Part shown: piece after piece, positions 1 through 9,780 of the stretch
Position numbering within the stretch: the first letter of the stretch is position 1
How the letters are laid out: the number at the start of each line of letters is the position of its first letter
IMG/VR virus record: IMGVR_UViG_3300005573_001079
Location: 62,001 to 126,000 of that record
Length of the DNA stretch: 64,000 nucleotides
DNA from: an uncultured virus (IMG/VR IMGVR_UViG_3300005573_001079)
Lineage: Duplodnaviria > Heunggongvirae > Uroviricota > Caudoviricetes
Direction: 5' to 3' (one strand)
Notes under the pieces: model-generated
Databases searched by the model: none
Told to the model about the DNA's origin: nothing
Seen by the model: only the letters and a program-made list of their open reading frames with translations
Made by a program: the position numbers and the translations under genes

Positions 1-147
1 TACTCTTTGTACGGGAATTAGATCTTCGTTTTGGTACTCTGAAGAAGTAAGAAAAGTTAGAGCATCTACTTGTTTTTTAGGAACATAATCTTTTACAACT
101 TTAGTAATAATTTCATTAGAATATGTTTGAAACAATAATTCACTCAT
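1..147 (-). CDS. Hypothetical protein, 5' part only (runs off the window)
   Basis: ATG at 145-147 overlaps the upstream gene's stop; frame open to base 1 (MSELLFQTYSNEIITKVVKDY...). Read manually. Confidence 0.6.
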   Translation of the reverse strand, partial: MSELLFQTYSNEIITKVVKDYVPKKQVDALTFLTSSEYQNEDLIPVQRV

Positions 148-1697
148 TATATTAAACTATGAACAAAATCAATAACAATGTTTTTCGCCTGATCATCTAA
201 TAAACTGTCTGAGTTATCGTATATTTGAGTCTCCCCTCGAGGGTCTACAACAACTGCAAAATTTGATAGGTCATATCTTAGTCCACGTGTACCCTTAGAA
301 GATCTAAAAAGATTTTTTTCAATTAGGAGTTGTTTTAATTGATCTAAAACTTTAGGATCTTTAATATGAACATAGTATAAAGTATTTCTTAAACGCACTC
401 TATAATTATTCCAAAAACCGGAGTTGCCATGAGTAGTACACCAAGAACACTCCCCTCGTTTAGGATTTACAAAGTATCTAAATCCTAACTTTCTAGATGC
501 TTCATGTGTATAAGGAACAACTATAAGTACTTTGTCATTATCTGCAATAACATCATAATCATTTTCTAATTCTTTTACAGTAACAAACTTACGATTCCTT
601 TGTTCTTCCATGTAATTCTTAAAATCATCATATGACTCAAATCTATTAATATCCTTAACCTCGGAAATATTTCTATTAGAAATTATGAAAAATTCTTCTA
701 TATAATTACGTAATTCTTCTAAATCTAAATTAGGATTTTTTATGTACATCTTAACCATCCAATCCAAATACTTCTTAGTAGAAGATGGATCTATAGATTT
801 TAATTGTTGTACTACCTCAGGAGAGATTTGACCTTTCGAAAGCATTAATTTTGTATAATCCCCAGAAAACTTAAAAATTTGAGTTTCTTCAGAATTAAGA
901 CTACCAACTCTAAAGCGAGATGGGTCTTTAGGTCTTACTTCTCCAATATCCGACTTCTTTAAAGAAGGTTGTCTTTCAAATAAATAAGGTTCCTTTTCAA
1001 GTTTTTTAACATAAGTTTCTTCAAAAGGATACTCTACTCCAGACGAAACTTTAAATACTTTTGGATAAATTATCTTGCCTTCTGGAGTAATTCCAACTAT
1101 TGCAGTAGCTCTTGCTTTCAATCCTTTTCCATATTTCCACTCTAACTCAAATTCTAAGTTGTTCAAAGTAGATAAATCATTCCCTGCTTCTTTGGAATAT
1201 TCTCCTCTTTTATATCTTGCAATACACTGAGTCATTCCTTTATTTTTCGCAAAATCAGCTAATTTTTCGGAAACATTATATACTACTCTTCTGTCAAGAA
1301 ATGTATTATAAGTACCTTTAGCATTTGCATCTTTTCTAAGAAGATCTACATTTTTAGTTTGCAAAATTTCTCTAGTACTTGTTTTAGAAGGAACTTTCAA
1401 GACTTTATCATATGAAACTAATTCTGTACCACAATCTGGACAAGTAGGTATAAATTCTTTATTAGCTTTACTTGCTAAATTTTTCTGTTTTTGAAGTTTT
1501 TGATTTCCTAAAGAAATTACCTTATTACAATCTGTACAAAATAATTTTGTAGTAACTACTTCCGTAGAAGAAGTTTTTACCATTTTGTCAACAATCTGTT
1601 TTTCTTTATTACTAACTTCTATTACTTCCTTGATATCAACCCATTCAGGAAGTTCTTTTTTTACATTGCTATTAATCGTTGGAATTATTCTTGTCAT
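147..1697 (-). CDS. Hypothetical phage protein with N-terminal zinc ribbon
   Basis: 516 aa; CTDC...CPDC; C-terminal KYLDW...WCTT segment resembles uncharacterised large-phage proteins. Confidence 0.6.
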   Translation of the reverse strand: MTRIIPTINSNVKKELPEWVDIKEVIEVSNKEKQIVDKMVKTSSTEVVTTKLFCTDCNKVISLGNQKLQKQKNLASKANKEFIPTCPDCGTELVSYDKVLKVPSKTSTREILQTKNVDLLRKDANAKGTYNTFLDRRVVYNVSEKLADFAKNKGMTQCIARYKRGEYSKEAGNDLSTLNNLEFELEWKYGKGLKARATAIVGITPEGKIIYPKVFKVSSGVEYPFEETYVKKLEKEPYLFERQPSLKKSDIGEVRPKDPSRFRVGSLNSEETQIFKFSGDYTKLMLSKGQISPEVVQQLKSIDPSSTKKYLDWMVKMYIKNPNLDLEELRNYIEEFFIISNRNISEVKDINRFESYDDFKNYMEEQRNRKFVTVKELENDYDVIADNDKVLIVVPYTHEASRKLGFRYFVNPKRGECSWCTTHGNSGFWNNYRVRLRNTLYYVHIKDPKVLDQLKQLLIEKNLFRSSKGTRGLRYDLSNFAVVVDPRGETQIYDNSDSLLDDQAKNIVIDFVHSLI

Positions 1698-1720
1698 CTC
1701 TTAAACCCCATTTTTTTTAT

Positions 1721-3232
1721 TTAAATCTTAGAATTAATATCTTTTAATTTCTCTACAATGTCTATAGTCTCTTTCAAAATATCAAAAAGCATTTTATCTT
1801 CATATACACTATCATCAGCAGAGGTAGAAATTTTTTTCTTTTGTACTTCTGAAACTGGATACTTATATAAAAATCTTTCTAACACTAACTTAGTATTTTC
1901 TCCTTCTATAAGAGCCTTTATTTTATTAATTTCTTCTACAATTTTAGGATTAATCTCTTGAGCTTTTTTCAAAATTTGTGCTAACGTTGCGGATGGGGCA
2001 ACTGCTTTTTCTCTTTCTACAAGAGCATATACATCATCCTCTAAAACAGCGACTTTATCTTGAGTTTTCTTTAATTCTTGATAAATCATATCCAAACAAG
2101 ATTTTAACAAAGAAACATTTTTAACAAGTTCTTCATTTAATTCTTTCGTAGCGTCTATAATAGCTTGTTGTAAAGGTTCTGTTTTCTTTTTTATCTCTTG
2201 TTGTATTTGCTCAATTTTACTCTGAGTATCTTTAAATAAGTCAATAGCTGTTTTTACATTAGGATCTGCTTCTTTTAATACTTCTGGTTCTACATACTCT
2301 TCTAATTTTGGAGCTTTTTTAACTTCTTTATATTGTATAGGTAATTCTTCTATGTCACTATCTTGCGCAGATTTACTAAAACCTCCAATAATTTGATCTA
2401 GAGCAATCTCGATTGAAGATGCATACCTTTGTTCTGGAAAATCTTTCCTTAAATCCTTTATCTTCTTATTCTTTTCTGATCTTGATAAATAAGTAGTAGA
2501 TTCTTCTCTCTTCTTTGTATAATCTGGTAAATATTGTTCGTTCTTAAAATGAGGTCGTTCTTCTTCAAACTTTCTGTCCATTTCTTCCATTGTTAACTCT
2601 CCGTATCCTTTCGGATTTTTAGACTTGTCTACATCCTTAGGAAACTCTGTTAATCCTACTTCAATATCATCTCCTCCCCTCATTGGTATTCCAGTTTTTC
2701 TATCTCTTCCTACTTCTTTAATAAGATCTCCTTTATATGGAGAATACTCCGCCTCTTTATTAAATCCTAATTCTTTTATTGCTCTATCTTGTCGCGACTC
2801 TTTAAGATAAGTAGGAATTGTTGCAATTTCATCCTCACTCATTTGAGAAAATGTTTTCAACTGCTTTCTCATATTTAACCAACTTCTTTTTGTATTCCAG
2901 TCTTTTCTCATATTTTTTACCTCTTTATTTACTTCTCTAAATGAAAGACTCACTTTTGGCAATTTTTCGTTAAGTAATTTTTCTAATATTTCTTCTGCAA
3001 TCTTCTCTACAGAAAAATGAGATGAAGTTTTTATAGAAGGTTTAAGATTAACACTATTTTGTTCACTTACCATTACTTGTTGTTGAGTTGCAGGATCAAT
3101 TAAAGTAACCCCTTTTCCAGGAACGTGTTGATACACTTGATACTCTTTCCCGTCAGCAGGATTAACCACAAACTCTCCTTGTTGAAATACTTTAGGACTT
3201 AAGTTTTGTTGAACTGGTTGATTCATAAACAA
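1721..3232 (-). CDS. Hypothetical protein, coiled-coil C-terminus, possibly head-associated
   Basis: 503 aa ORF; an ATG at 3226 is an alternative start. Confidence 0.6.
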   Translation of the reverse strand: MFMNQPVQQNLSPKVFQQGEFVVNPADGKEYQVYQHVPGKGVTLIDPATQQQVMVSEQNSVNLKPSIKTSSHFSVEKIAEEILEKLLNEKLPKVSLSFREVNKEVKNMRKDWNTKRSWLNMRKQLKTFSQMSEDEIATIPTYLKESRQDRAIKELGFNKEAEYSPYKGDLIKEVGRDRKTGIPMRGGDDIEVGLTEFPKDVDKSKNPKGYGELTMEEMDRKFEEERPHFKNEQYLPDYTKKREESTTYLSRSEKNKKIKDLRKDFPEQRYASSIEIALDQIIGGFSKSAQDSDIEELPIQYKEVKKAPKLEEYVEPEVLKEADPNVKTAIDLFKDTQSKIEQIQQEIKKKTEPLQQAIIDATKELNEELVKNVSLLKSCLDMIYQELKKTQDKVAVLEDDVYALVEREKAVAPSATLAQILKKAQEINPKIVEEINKIKALIEGENTKLVLERFLYKYPVSEVQKKKISTSADDSVYEDKMLFDILKETIDIVEKLKDINSKI

Positions 3233-3266
3233 GTGTTATTTGTTATTAAAACAAAATTCATCTAAA

Positions 3267-3491
3267 CTAAAAAAACTCTAAATCTAATTGTAACTGAGTT
3301 TCTTGTAATCTATTATAAGGATCCGTATCTACAATCCAATTAATCAATATTTTAGAAGCGTCTCTTCTAAAAACAATTTCGGGAAACTTCCTCAATAAAA
3401 TATCTGCACCTTTCTTAAAAATATCAATTTTAAATTTTGATTTTACTAATACTCTATCTAAATAATTATAGTATTTATTAAACTCATTCAT
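3267..3491 (-). CDS. Small protein paralogous to an internal module of the 947-aa neighbour
   Basis: KGADILLRKFPE...KILINWI aligns with KGVDFLMKKFPD...KIFNIWI in 3510..6353. Confidence 0.65.
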   Translation of the reverse strand: MNEFNKYYNYLDRVLVKSKFKIDIFKKGADILLRKFPEIVFRRDASKILINWIVDTDPYNRLQETQLQLDLEFF

Positions 3492-3509
3492 TATAGTTTT
3501 TCTTTCTGT

Positions 3510-6353
3510 TTAAAACTGAACTGGACTATTTAAGTCTTCAAATGACTTATTTTGAGATTGAAAATCACTCTGTAAAGGATTTTGTTTGTTCTTCTGCTTT
3601 AAAAAATTATCTAATTTATCTCCTTCATCTATAAATTTTACAACTACTTCTTTTTCATCAGGATTTGTAACAATTTGAAATATTCCTTTCTCATCTTTCG
3701 CTTTCTCACTATCATAAATAACATCATCTATAGCATTCTCTAAGTTAGGATTGGGAGGATTCGGCGGTAATGCAGATGGAACTTTTGTTTGATCCGAATT
3801 TCTATTTTTTACCCAAGACATTGGAGAAACACTATCTGCTACATCTCCTGCAACTTTTAATAAATCTTTCAATCTTTCATCCCCTTCTATCAAATCATAT
3901 AACTTTTCTTCTAGTTTTTTCTTAGTATAAAGATCTAACTTACCTACATCTCTTACAATTTTTATATATTCTTTGTTCTCTGGTAAAAACTCAGATAAAA
4001 TTTTTCTATACTGCTTTAAAAGATTATCGGGCAAATATCTACTAAAACTTGCAACCCATAAACCAAAGTTAGGATCTAAATAATGATCTGATTCTTTATT
4101 CATAGAAGATTTCTTTTCCTTTTTATGTTTAAAATATTCTACTTGTTTTAGTCGTTTACTTGCCTCTTCTTTTGTATCATAAGGACCTCCTAAATTCTTC
4201 CCTTTTTCACTAACTACATACCACTTGTTTTTCTTTAAAACTATTGAAGATTTTTTGTCTAAATCATCTTCTTTTGAATCATCTTCTTTTGAATCATCTT
4301 CTTCCATTTTCTTAAGTTTATCATAATAATCTTCATCTTCTATCAAATGATCTTTTGCAATTTCTTTTGCAATTTCTTCATCATCTGTATGTTCTTTTTC
4401 CACTTCAATACCTTCTTCTAAACTGTCTTCATCAAAAGCTTCGTCTGGAATATCATCTGCAAGTCCTCCTTCAAGACGATCTGTTTCATCTGGTGTCTCT
4501 TTAAATTCTTCTAAGACTTTTTCTAAAAAATTGTCTATTAATTCTTCGTCTGCATCAATATGTATATCTAATGAAGAATTTGCGCTTGAAAATTTTGATA
4601 AAAAAACATCTTTTATTTGATAAAGATTATATACAGATTCTAAATAACCAGCTATATAACTTGCTTCTTCTGGACTTAATTCAAAAGAGTCTACAAATAC
4701 TTTAAACTCATTATCTACATCATAATAATTGTCAGAACCTATACTACTCGCAAAAACTTCTGCAAGACTGTTCAACTTTTCATCATCTCTAACATCCATT
4801 CCTCTTTTGTATTGCTCATCGTCTAAATAAAGCGCCATATCGGCTCCTGCCTTTGATTTATTTCTTCTTTGCTTTTTCGATAATTCATTTGTAAATTCAT
4901 CTAAAGTATTACTTTTATTTTTGTCTGATATTTTATCAATCCATCCTGCAAATCTTACTAAATCGTGAGTATCTGGCCTCTCGAGCATTTCTCCGACTTT
5001 AATCTTGCTACTTAAGCGAATTGACACCTTTGCTCCATCCTCATTAATAAAATACCCATCTATAAAAGATGGAGTGTTAGAAGATAAATTACTCAAAGCT
5101 ATTTTCCATGTATCTCCTCTTGGAATATTGACATTAGAAGAAGTATGTTTATATACCTTAATCCCTTTAACTCCATCTGTAAATTCAAATACAGTTGGCT
5201 TTAAATTAGACCACTTAACTAAAGAAGATGTAGATATCGGAAGAGGTTTAGTATCCATTTGTTGTTCTTCTGCAGATTCCCCCCACTTAACATAAACCAC
5301 ATCTCTATCAACTATTTTTGTAATAATTCCTATTCTTCCGTAAGAATCTTTTACTCTATCCCCTTCAAACAATAGTTGTCCATACATATCTTCTGCAACA
5401 TCATTATCACTAGATAATTTTTTAGAAGCCTTTTGTTGTTGAACTTGTGGTTTTTGCACTTGTTGCTGTAAAAAAGGAGGAGGCGTTTGTTGAGTTGGTT
5501 CTAATTGAGAAGGTGGAGCTCCCCCCTCCTCCTTTGGAGCTTCTTCTTGCCCATTTTGTGGAGTCACCTTCTTCTGATAAAAATCTAATGCGTGTTGCGG
5601 ATCTGTAAACTCAATTGTTACAGTACCGCCACCTCCACCTCCAGTTTCGTTTAATTTTAAGTCTTTTGACTTAATCCCTGGAGCAATAGGTATATTTTTA
5701 GGATCAATATTTGAAGCAGTAACTAATTCATCATCAAAAGGATTAAACTCCCCTATCCAAATATTAAAAATTTTATTAGCCTCAACTGGATCCAAATCTG
5801 GAAACTTTTTCATTAAAAAATCTACTCCTTTATCTAAAAGAGTTTGTTCACTATATGAATAAGGAAAATTCAATAAACGTAACAATTCTGTAAAGTATTT
5901 TCTATATTCTGGGTATTTTTCATATACAGAAAAATCCATCGATTTTTTCTTAAGCTTATGAGCACTCTTTGTTATTTTAGAACCAAATATTTCTTGAAAT
6001 TTTTCATTAGCAACTTGTCTAATAATCTCATCTTCTTCTGTAGTATAAACCACTAACCAATCTTCTGCTGTACCAGTTTTTTCATCCACTATAGTCTTTT
6101 TTATCCAAATTTTTCCATAATCATCATCATCTGTAGCTTGTTTGTATAAACCCATACCAATTGGTATAAAATTCTTTAGTAAGGCGCTAGAAAATTTAAT
6201 CTTACCAAAATCAGAATTATCGTAATTTGATAAGTTTGTAGAAGACGAATTATTAGACATTTCTTGTAAAGTTCTTCTTACAGAAGACAAAATGGACATA
6301 GTATTTCGAGATATTTTATTAGCGTTCTGAATTGGAGGTCTTCTTGTTATCAT
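3510..6353 (-). CDS. Large modular protein with DUF5661-like segment; probable virion/head-associated protein
   Basis: LEGGLADD...GIEVEKEHTDD..IAKEIAKDHL.E...YYDKL (DUF5661-like); KWYVVSEKGKNLGGPY...RLKQVEYFKH module; Q/P-rich and acidic linkers. Confidence 0.6.
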   Translation of the reverse strand: MITRRPPIQNANKISRNTMSILSSVRRTLQEMSNNSSSTNLSNYDNSDFGKIKFSSALLKNFIPIGMGLYKQATDDDDYGKIWIKKTIVDEKTGTAEDWLVVYTTEEDEIIRQVANEKFQEIFGSKITKSAHKLKKKSMDFSVYEKYPEYRKYFTELLRLLNFPYSYSEQTLLDKGVDFLMKKFPDLDPVEANKIFNIWIGEFNPFDDELVTASNIDPKNIPIAPGIKSKDLKLNETGGGGGGTVTIEFTDPQHALDFYQKKVTPQNGQEEAPKEEGGAPPSQLEPTQQTPPPFLQQQVQKPQVQQQKASKKLSSDNDVAEDMYGQLLFEGDRVKDSYGRIGIITKIVDRDVVYVKWGESAEEQQMDTKPLPISTSSLVKWSNLKPTVFEFTDGVKGIKVYKHTSSNVNIPRGDTWKIALSNLSSNTPSFIDGYFINEDGAKVSIRLSSKIKVGEMLERPDTHDLVRFAGWIDKISDKNKSNTLDEFTNELSKKQRRNKSKAGADMALYLDDEQYKRGMDVRDDEKLNSLAEVFASSIGSDNYYDVDNEFKVFVDSFELSPEEASYIAGYLESVYNLYQIKDVFLSKFSSANSSLDIHIDADEELIDNFLEKVLEEFKETPDETDRLEGGLADDIPDEAFDEDSLEEGIEVEKEHTDDEEIAKEIAKDHLIEDEDYYDKLKKMEEDDSKEDDSKEDDLDKKSSIVLKKNKWYVVSEKGKNLGGPYDTKEEASKRLKQVEYFKHKKEKKSSMNKESDHYLDPNFGLWVASFSRYLPDNLLKQYRKILSEFLPENKEYIKIVRDVGKLDLYTKKKLEEKLYDLIEGDERLKDLLKVAGDVADSVSPMSWVKNRNSDQTKVPSALPPNPPNPNLENAIDDVIYDSEKAKDEKGIFQIVTNPDEKEVVVKFIDEGDKLDNFLKQKNKQNPLQSDFQSQNKSFEDLNSPVQF
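4262..4303. repeat. 15-bp in-frame tandem repeat (~2.8 copies) encoding EDDSK
   Basis: aatcatcttcttttg x2 plus a partial copy. Confidence 0.85.
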
Positions 6354-6504
6354 TTCTTGTACCTTTATCTTTATTTATACATTGAATACACTTATTTTCT
6401 TTAGAATTAAAATTTTCAATCAACACCAAATTTTTACATAAAGGACACTCAACATATTGTTGGTTCTTTGAATCTATTGATATATTAAACGTCTTTTCCA
6501 ACAT
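6319..6504 (-). CDS. Small zinc-finger protein
   Basis: CPLC...CIQC; 61 aa. Confidence 0.5.
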   Translation of the reverse strand: MLEKTFNISIDSKNQQYVECPLCKNLVLIENFNSKENKCIQCINKDKGTRNDNKKTSNSER

Positions 6505-6558
6505 AATCTTTCATCCTTAAAATATATAGTAATAACTTCATAAAAAACTATAAAATTT

Positions 6559-6717
6559 TTAATTATCTCTCACTCTCCTCTTCTTTCGAAGAAGAACTTT
6601 ATAAAAAGGCATTACTTGTCTTCTATGGTCAATATTTCTTTCATCAGAAGAAGACAACGCCACTTTAGTAATAATATTTTTTTTATCGATCTTTAAAATA
6701 TCCTTAAAAGAATTCAT
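6559..6717 (-). CDS. Small hypothetical protein (52 aa), absent from the ORF track
   Basis: AAGGAGG RBS, then ATG at 6717; MNSFKDILKIDKKNIITKVALSSS...RRVRDN*; fills the gap between genes. Confidence 0.6.
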   Translation of the reverse strand: MNSFKDILKIDKKNIITKVALSSSDERNIDHRRQVMPFYKVLLRKKRRVRDN

Positions 6718-6734
6718 AGTTTTCCTCCTTATAA

Positions 6735-7430
6735 TTAATATATAGTATTTTTATTAAAAAGATTTGTTTCTTTCTTAACGATCTCTTTTGTAATACGCTT
6801 CATCCACAAATCAGAAGTTACTTTCTCCATTTTTAACATATACATTTGAGAATACTCTCCATAATATCGTGTTATAACAGAACTTAACATAAAATTCTTT
6901 CTCCCACTTTTAGATAACTCTTGATTAATTAAAACGCGTAAAACATAAGCAGATGCTCTTATATTAACATCGGGCAAATATAAATCCATTTTATTTTCTG
7001 CAATACCTTTAGAAATTAAACTATCCCCCCAAAATTCCCAAATAATTCCGCCTAATCCAATTGCATTAGTTACAACAGGTTTACCTTTTACCATAACAGT
7101 TACAGTAGGATGAGTAATATTAAAATGATAATCAGATTCTATACGAAAAATTGCGTGTAATAATCCAATAGGAATATCAAATTCTTTAGAAGCAGATGTA
7201 ATTGCATCTTTGACAATTTTTATAAAACGACTAGAATATCCATAAGTATGTAAATCATCTTCTACAAACATCATTTCATAAGAAACATCTAAATTCTTGT
7301 TGTTTTTTGTAGAAACAGATTTAGATAAAAAATGAGTTGAATAGTAATTAACTATTAAAAACACTCCTAAAAAAAGGAGTAATAAAAATATTATAATCTT
7401 TAAATATTTTACACTTAAAAACTTCATCAC
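6735..7430 (-). CDS. Lytic transglycosylase (SLT-like) with N-terminal membrane anchor
   Basis: LLHAIFRIESDY (catalytic Glu), AIGLGGI, NIRASAYVL, YYG; hydrophobic N-terminus. Confidence 0.75.
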   Translation of the reverse strand: MMKFLSVKYLKIIIFLLLLFLGVFLIVNYYSTHFLSKSVSTKNNKNLDVSYEMMFVEDDLHTYGYSSRFIKIVKDAITSASKEFDIPIGLLHAIFRIESDYHFNITHPTVTVMVKGKPVVTNAIGLGGIIWEFWGDSLISKGIAENKMDLYLPDVNIRASAYVLRVLINQELSKSGRKNFMLSSVITRYYGEYSQMYMLKMEKVTSDLWMKRITKEIVKKETNLFNKNTIY

Positions 7431-7468
7431 ATATTCTCCTTCTTTTTCTTTATACCTTTAATACATAT

Positions 7469-7479
7469 ATATAATACAA
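7469..7479 (-). promoter_or_regulatory. Putative phage promoter motif TTGTATTATAT
   Basis: Same 11-mer is intergenic at 31193, 38470 and 52599; here 39 nt upstream of the SLT gene. Confidence 0.45.
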
Positions 7480-7494
7480 AAAAAATAAGCTAAA

Positions 7495-7986
7495 TTACTT
7501 CCATTCAATTTCGCCTACTACCATAATGGAAGACTTGGTAAGTTTAGGAGAAAGGTATACAGGACATCCAAGTATGTAACAAATGGGTTTTTCTTTTGTA
7601 AAGAAGTAAGACTTTATAGCATTTCTATCTTCTTGGGAGTAATCTCTATATACAAAATTTATCATACAATCAAATACAACAGGACTTATTAATATAATCA
7701 AAGGTATTCTATTATTCTTTCTCAAATAAGAACTTTGTCTAAGTATAGAATCATAAACTTCTTCATTTTGATAAGTTAAGTACTTAACAAACTCTTTTTC
7801 CTTAATATCTATAGAAAGCTTAGATTTAAAATTACAAAGTCTACAAAGAACACAAATAGAAGAATTTACTACAAAAATTTCTTCGTAGAACTCTCCTTCT
7901 CCTTTAGAAAACTTATATTTATAAGGACAATGTATTGGAGCTTTAATAATGTTGTCTTTGAATACTTCTAACTCTACATCATACAT
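7495..7986 (-). CDS. Hypothetical protein
   Basis: 163 aa ORF in the operon; Cys-rich N-terminal half. Confidence 0.55.
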   Translation of the reverse strand: MYDVELEVFKDNIIKAPIHCPYKYKFSKGEGEFYEEIFVVNSSICVLCRLCNFKSKLSIDIKEKEFVKYLTYQNEEVYDSILRQSSYLRKNNRIPLIILISPVVFDCMINFVYRDYSQEDRNAIKSYFFTKEKPICYILGCPVYLSPKLTKSSIMVVGEIEWK

Positions 7987-7994
7987 AACTAATA

Positions 7995-8684
7995 TTATAA
8001 CTCCTTTATTGTACTTACATCATTATCTTTTATAACTTCATATACTTTATTAGCAGAAGATGCAAGAGCTTGACTGTGGGTTACAAAAATTACTTGTCTA
8101 TTAAATCTTTCGCTTAATGACTTTATAAAAATTCCAACTCTATTTGCATACTCTTCATGAACTGAAGATGTAGGTTCATCTAATATGATAGGTCCTTCTA
8201 TTTTTAGTAATTCCGCAAATAAAAATCTTAATATTAATCCTAATACTTCACTAACAGCTCCTCCATATAAAAAAGCAATATCACTATAATTACTTAACAT
8301 TTCTTCAATCTCTTCTTTATAGTTTTCAAAATCTTTTAAATATTCTTGGTACAAAGTTTCTTTTTCAAGATTAGGAAGAACTACAAAATCTACCTCAATC
8401 TGATTCCTTCTATTAACAAACACTATATGAAAATATAAATTTTGATTAAAGATAAAATGTAGCGCTTCTGTAACTATTGGTTCAATATATTTTTTTGATT
8501 GAACTTCCATGCCTTTTATAAAAACTTCAAATAACCTCTTAACTTTAGAAAGTATAGAAAGATCTTTTTCTTTTTCACTTATATCATCAAGAACACTTTT
8601 TAAATCTTTTTTTAAAGAATCCCTTATCCCTACTAATCTGTAAATCTTATTATTTAAAGATAAAACCTTTTCATCAATAGTCAT
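7995..8684 (-). CDS. Rad50/SbcC ATPase, C-terminal half
   Basis: Signature-like YGGA, Walker B/D-loop IILDEPTSSVH, H-switch FVTH; N-terminal coiled coil; no Walker A. Confidence 0.85.
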   Translation of the reverse strand: MTIDEKVLSLNNKIYRLVGIRDSLKKDLKSVLDDISEKEKDLSILSKVKRLFEVFIKGMEVQSKKYIEPIVTEALHFIFNQNLYFHIVFVNRRNQIEVDFVVLPNLEKETLYQEYLKDFENYKEEIEEMLSNYSDIAFLYGGAVSEVLGLILRFLFAELLKIEGPIILDEPTSSVHEEYANRVGIFIKSLSERFNRQVIFVTHSQALASSANKVYEVIKDNDVSTIKEL

Positions 8685-9004
8685 TGCACTTCTGCCTCCT
8701 TTATTAAATCTGCTGGATGTCCTGTATAAGCAGGGGGTTCTACTATACTAAATAGAGGAGCTGCAAATCCCGTGCTTAACATATGTAATACAGGACCAAC
8801 TTCAAAAGGTGTCTTAGGATTATGTACTGCATAACATATATCATCTTTATCATTAACATAAACAACCTTTGCAATCCATCCACCTCTAGTATAATAATAT
8901 TTACCTTCTTCTATATAAAGAGAAGGAGCCTTTTTCTTCAAAGGCTGATCAAATAACGGTAAGTTATTACTATTCTTTTTTAATTTTGATTTAGCCATAG
9001 TCAA
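8681..9004 (-). CDS. Hypothetical protein
   Basis: 107 aa; overlaps the downstream start. Confidence 0.55.
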   Translation of the reverse strand: MTMAKSKLKKNSNNLPLFDQPLKKKAPSLYIEEGKYYYTRGGWIAKVVYVNDKDDICYAVHNPKTPFEVGPVLHMLSTGFAAPLFSIVEPPAYTGHPADLIKEAEVQ

Positions 9005-9014
9005 TATCTTTCTT

Positions 9015-9290
9015 TTAATCAGAAATAGATTGTAACTTTTGTTCTATTTGCAAAATTTGAGACTCTATATTACTAATCATATCATCAATTTCTTTTTCTA
9101 AACTTATAATCATATCAGGTATGTTTTGCACATCATCAATACCATTTTTTCTTAACTCTTCGATTGTTTCATTATATTGATCCTGAAGAAACTTCAACTC
9201 TTGTTCTGCTCTAATTTTTTTTGTTTCTAAATCCTTCACTTTTTTATTAATTTCTTCGATCTTTTTTAAGATATCATCATTTTTTCCCAT
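9015..9290 (-). CDS. Coiled-coil protein
   Basis: 91 aa with heptad pattern throughout; RBS present. Confidence 0.65.
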   Translation of the reverse strand: MGKNDDILKKIEEINKKVKDLETKKIRAEQELKFLQDQYNETIEELRKNGIDDVQNIPDMIISLEKEIDDMISNIESQILQIEQKLQSISD

Positions 9291-9311
9291 AATATTACTC
9301 CTTCTTTTTTT

Positions 9312-9563
9312 TTAAAATGGAAAATCTTTCTCAGTCCAATCTTTCTTATCCCAATTTTTCAATTCTTCTAAAGAATCTATCTCAAAAACATCAATACTAG
9401 TATAATATTTATTTAACAATATCTTCTTTCTCATACCTTGTAAAGTTTCAACTTTAGAATTAAAAAATTCTAACAAATTGTCAATTCTTTTTAAAATAGC
9501 TAAATAATTATCTTTAACTGGACTAACATAAAAATTATCAATAGAATAAAGCTTTATTTTCAT
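9312..9563 (-). CDS. Hypothetical protein
   Basis: 83 aa ORF. Confidence 0.5.
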   Translation of the reverse strand: MKIKLYSIDNFYVSPVKDNYLAILKRIDNLLEFFNSKVETLQGMRKKILLNKYYTSIDVFEIDSLEELKNWDKKDWTEKDFPF

Positions 9564-9780
9564 CTTCCTTTAACATAAGTTTTTTTAATAAAAAATCAAC
9601 TTCTTCTTTCATATTTATTATACATAAAGACTTGCAAGTAGGACATACATCTTGTATTGTGTCATCTACAACTTGATACTCATCAGACTGAAACTCCGCT
9701 CCACATTCTTTACAATAAAAAACTAAATTTAAAGAATGTGATAAAATTTTTACGTTATTCTGTTTTAAAATTACTTTCAT
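9538..9780 (-). CDS. Zinc-ribbon protein
   Basis: CKEC...CPTC. Confidence 0.55.
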   Translation of the reverse strand: MKVILKQNNVKILSHSLNLVFYCKECGAEFQSDEYQVVDDTIQDVCPTCKSLCIINMKEEVDFLLKKLMLKEDENKALFY

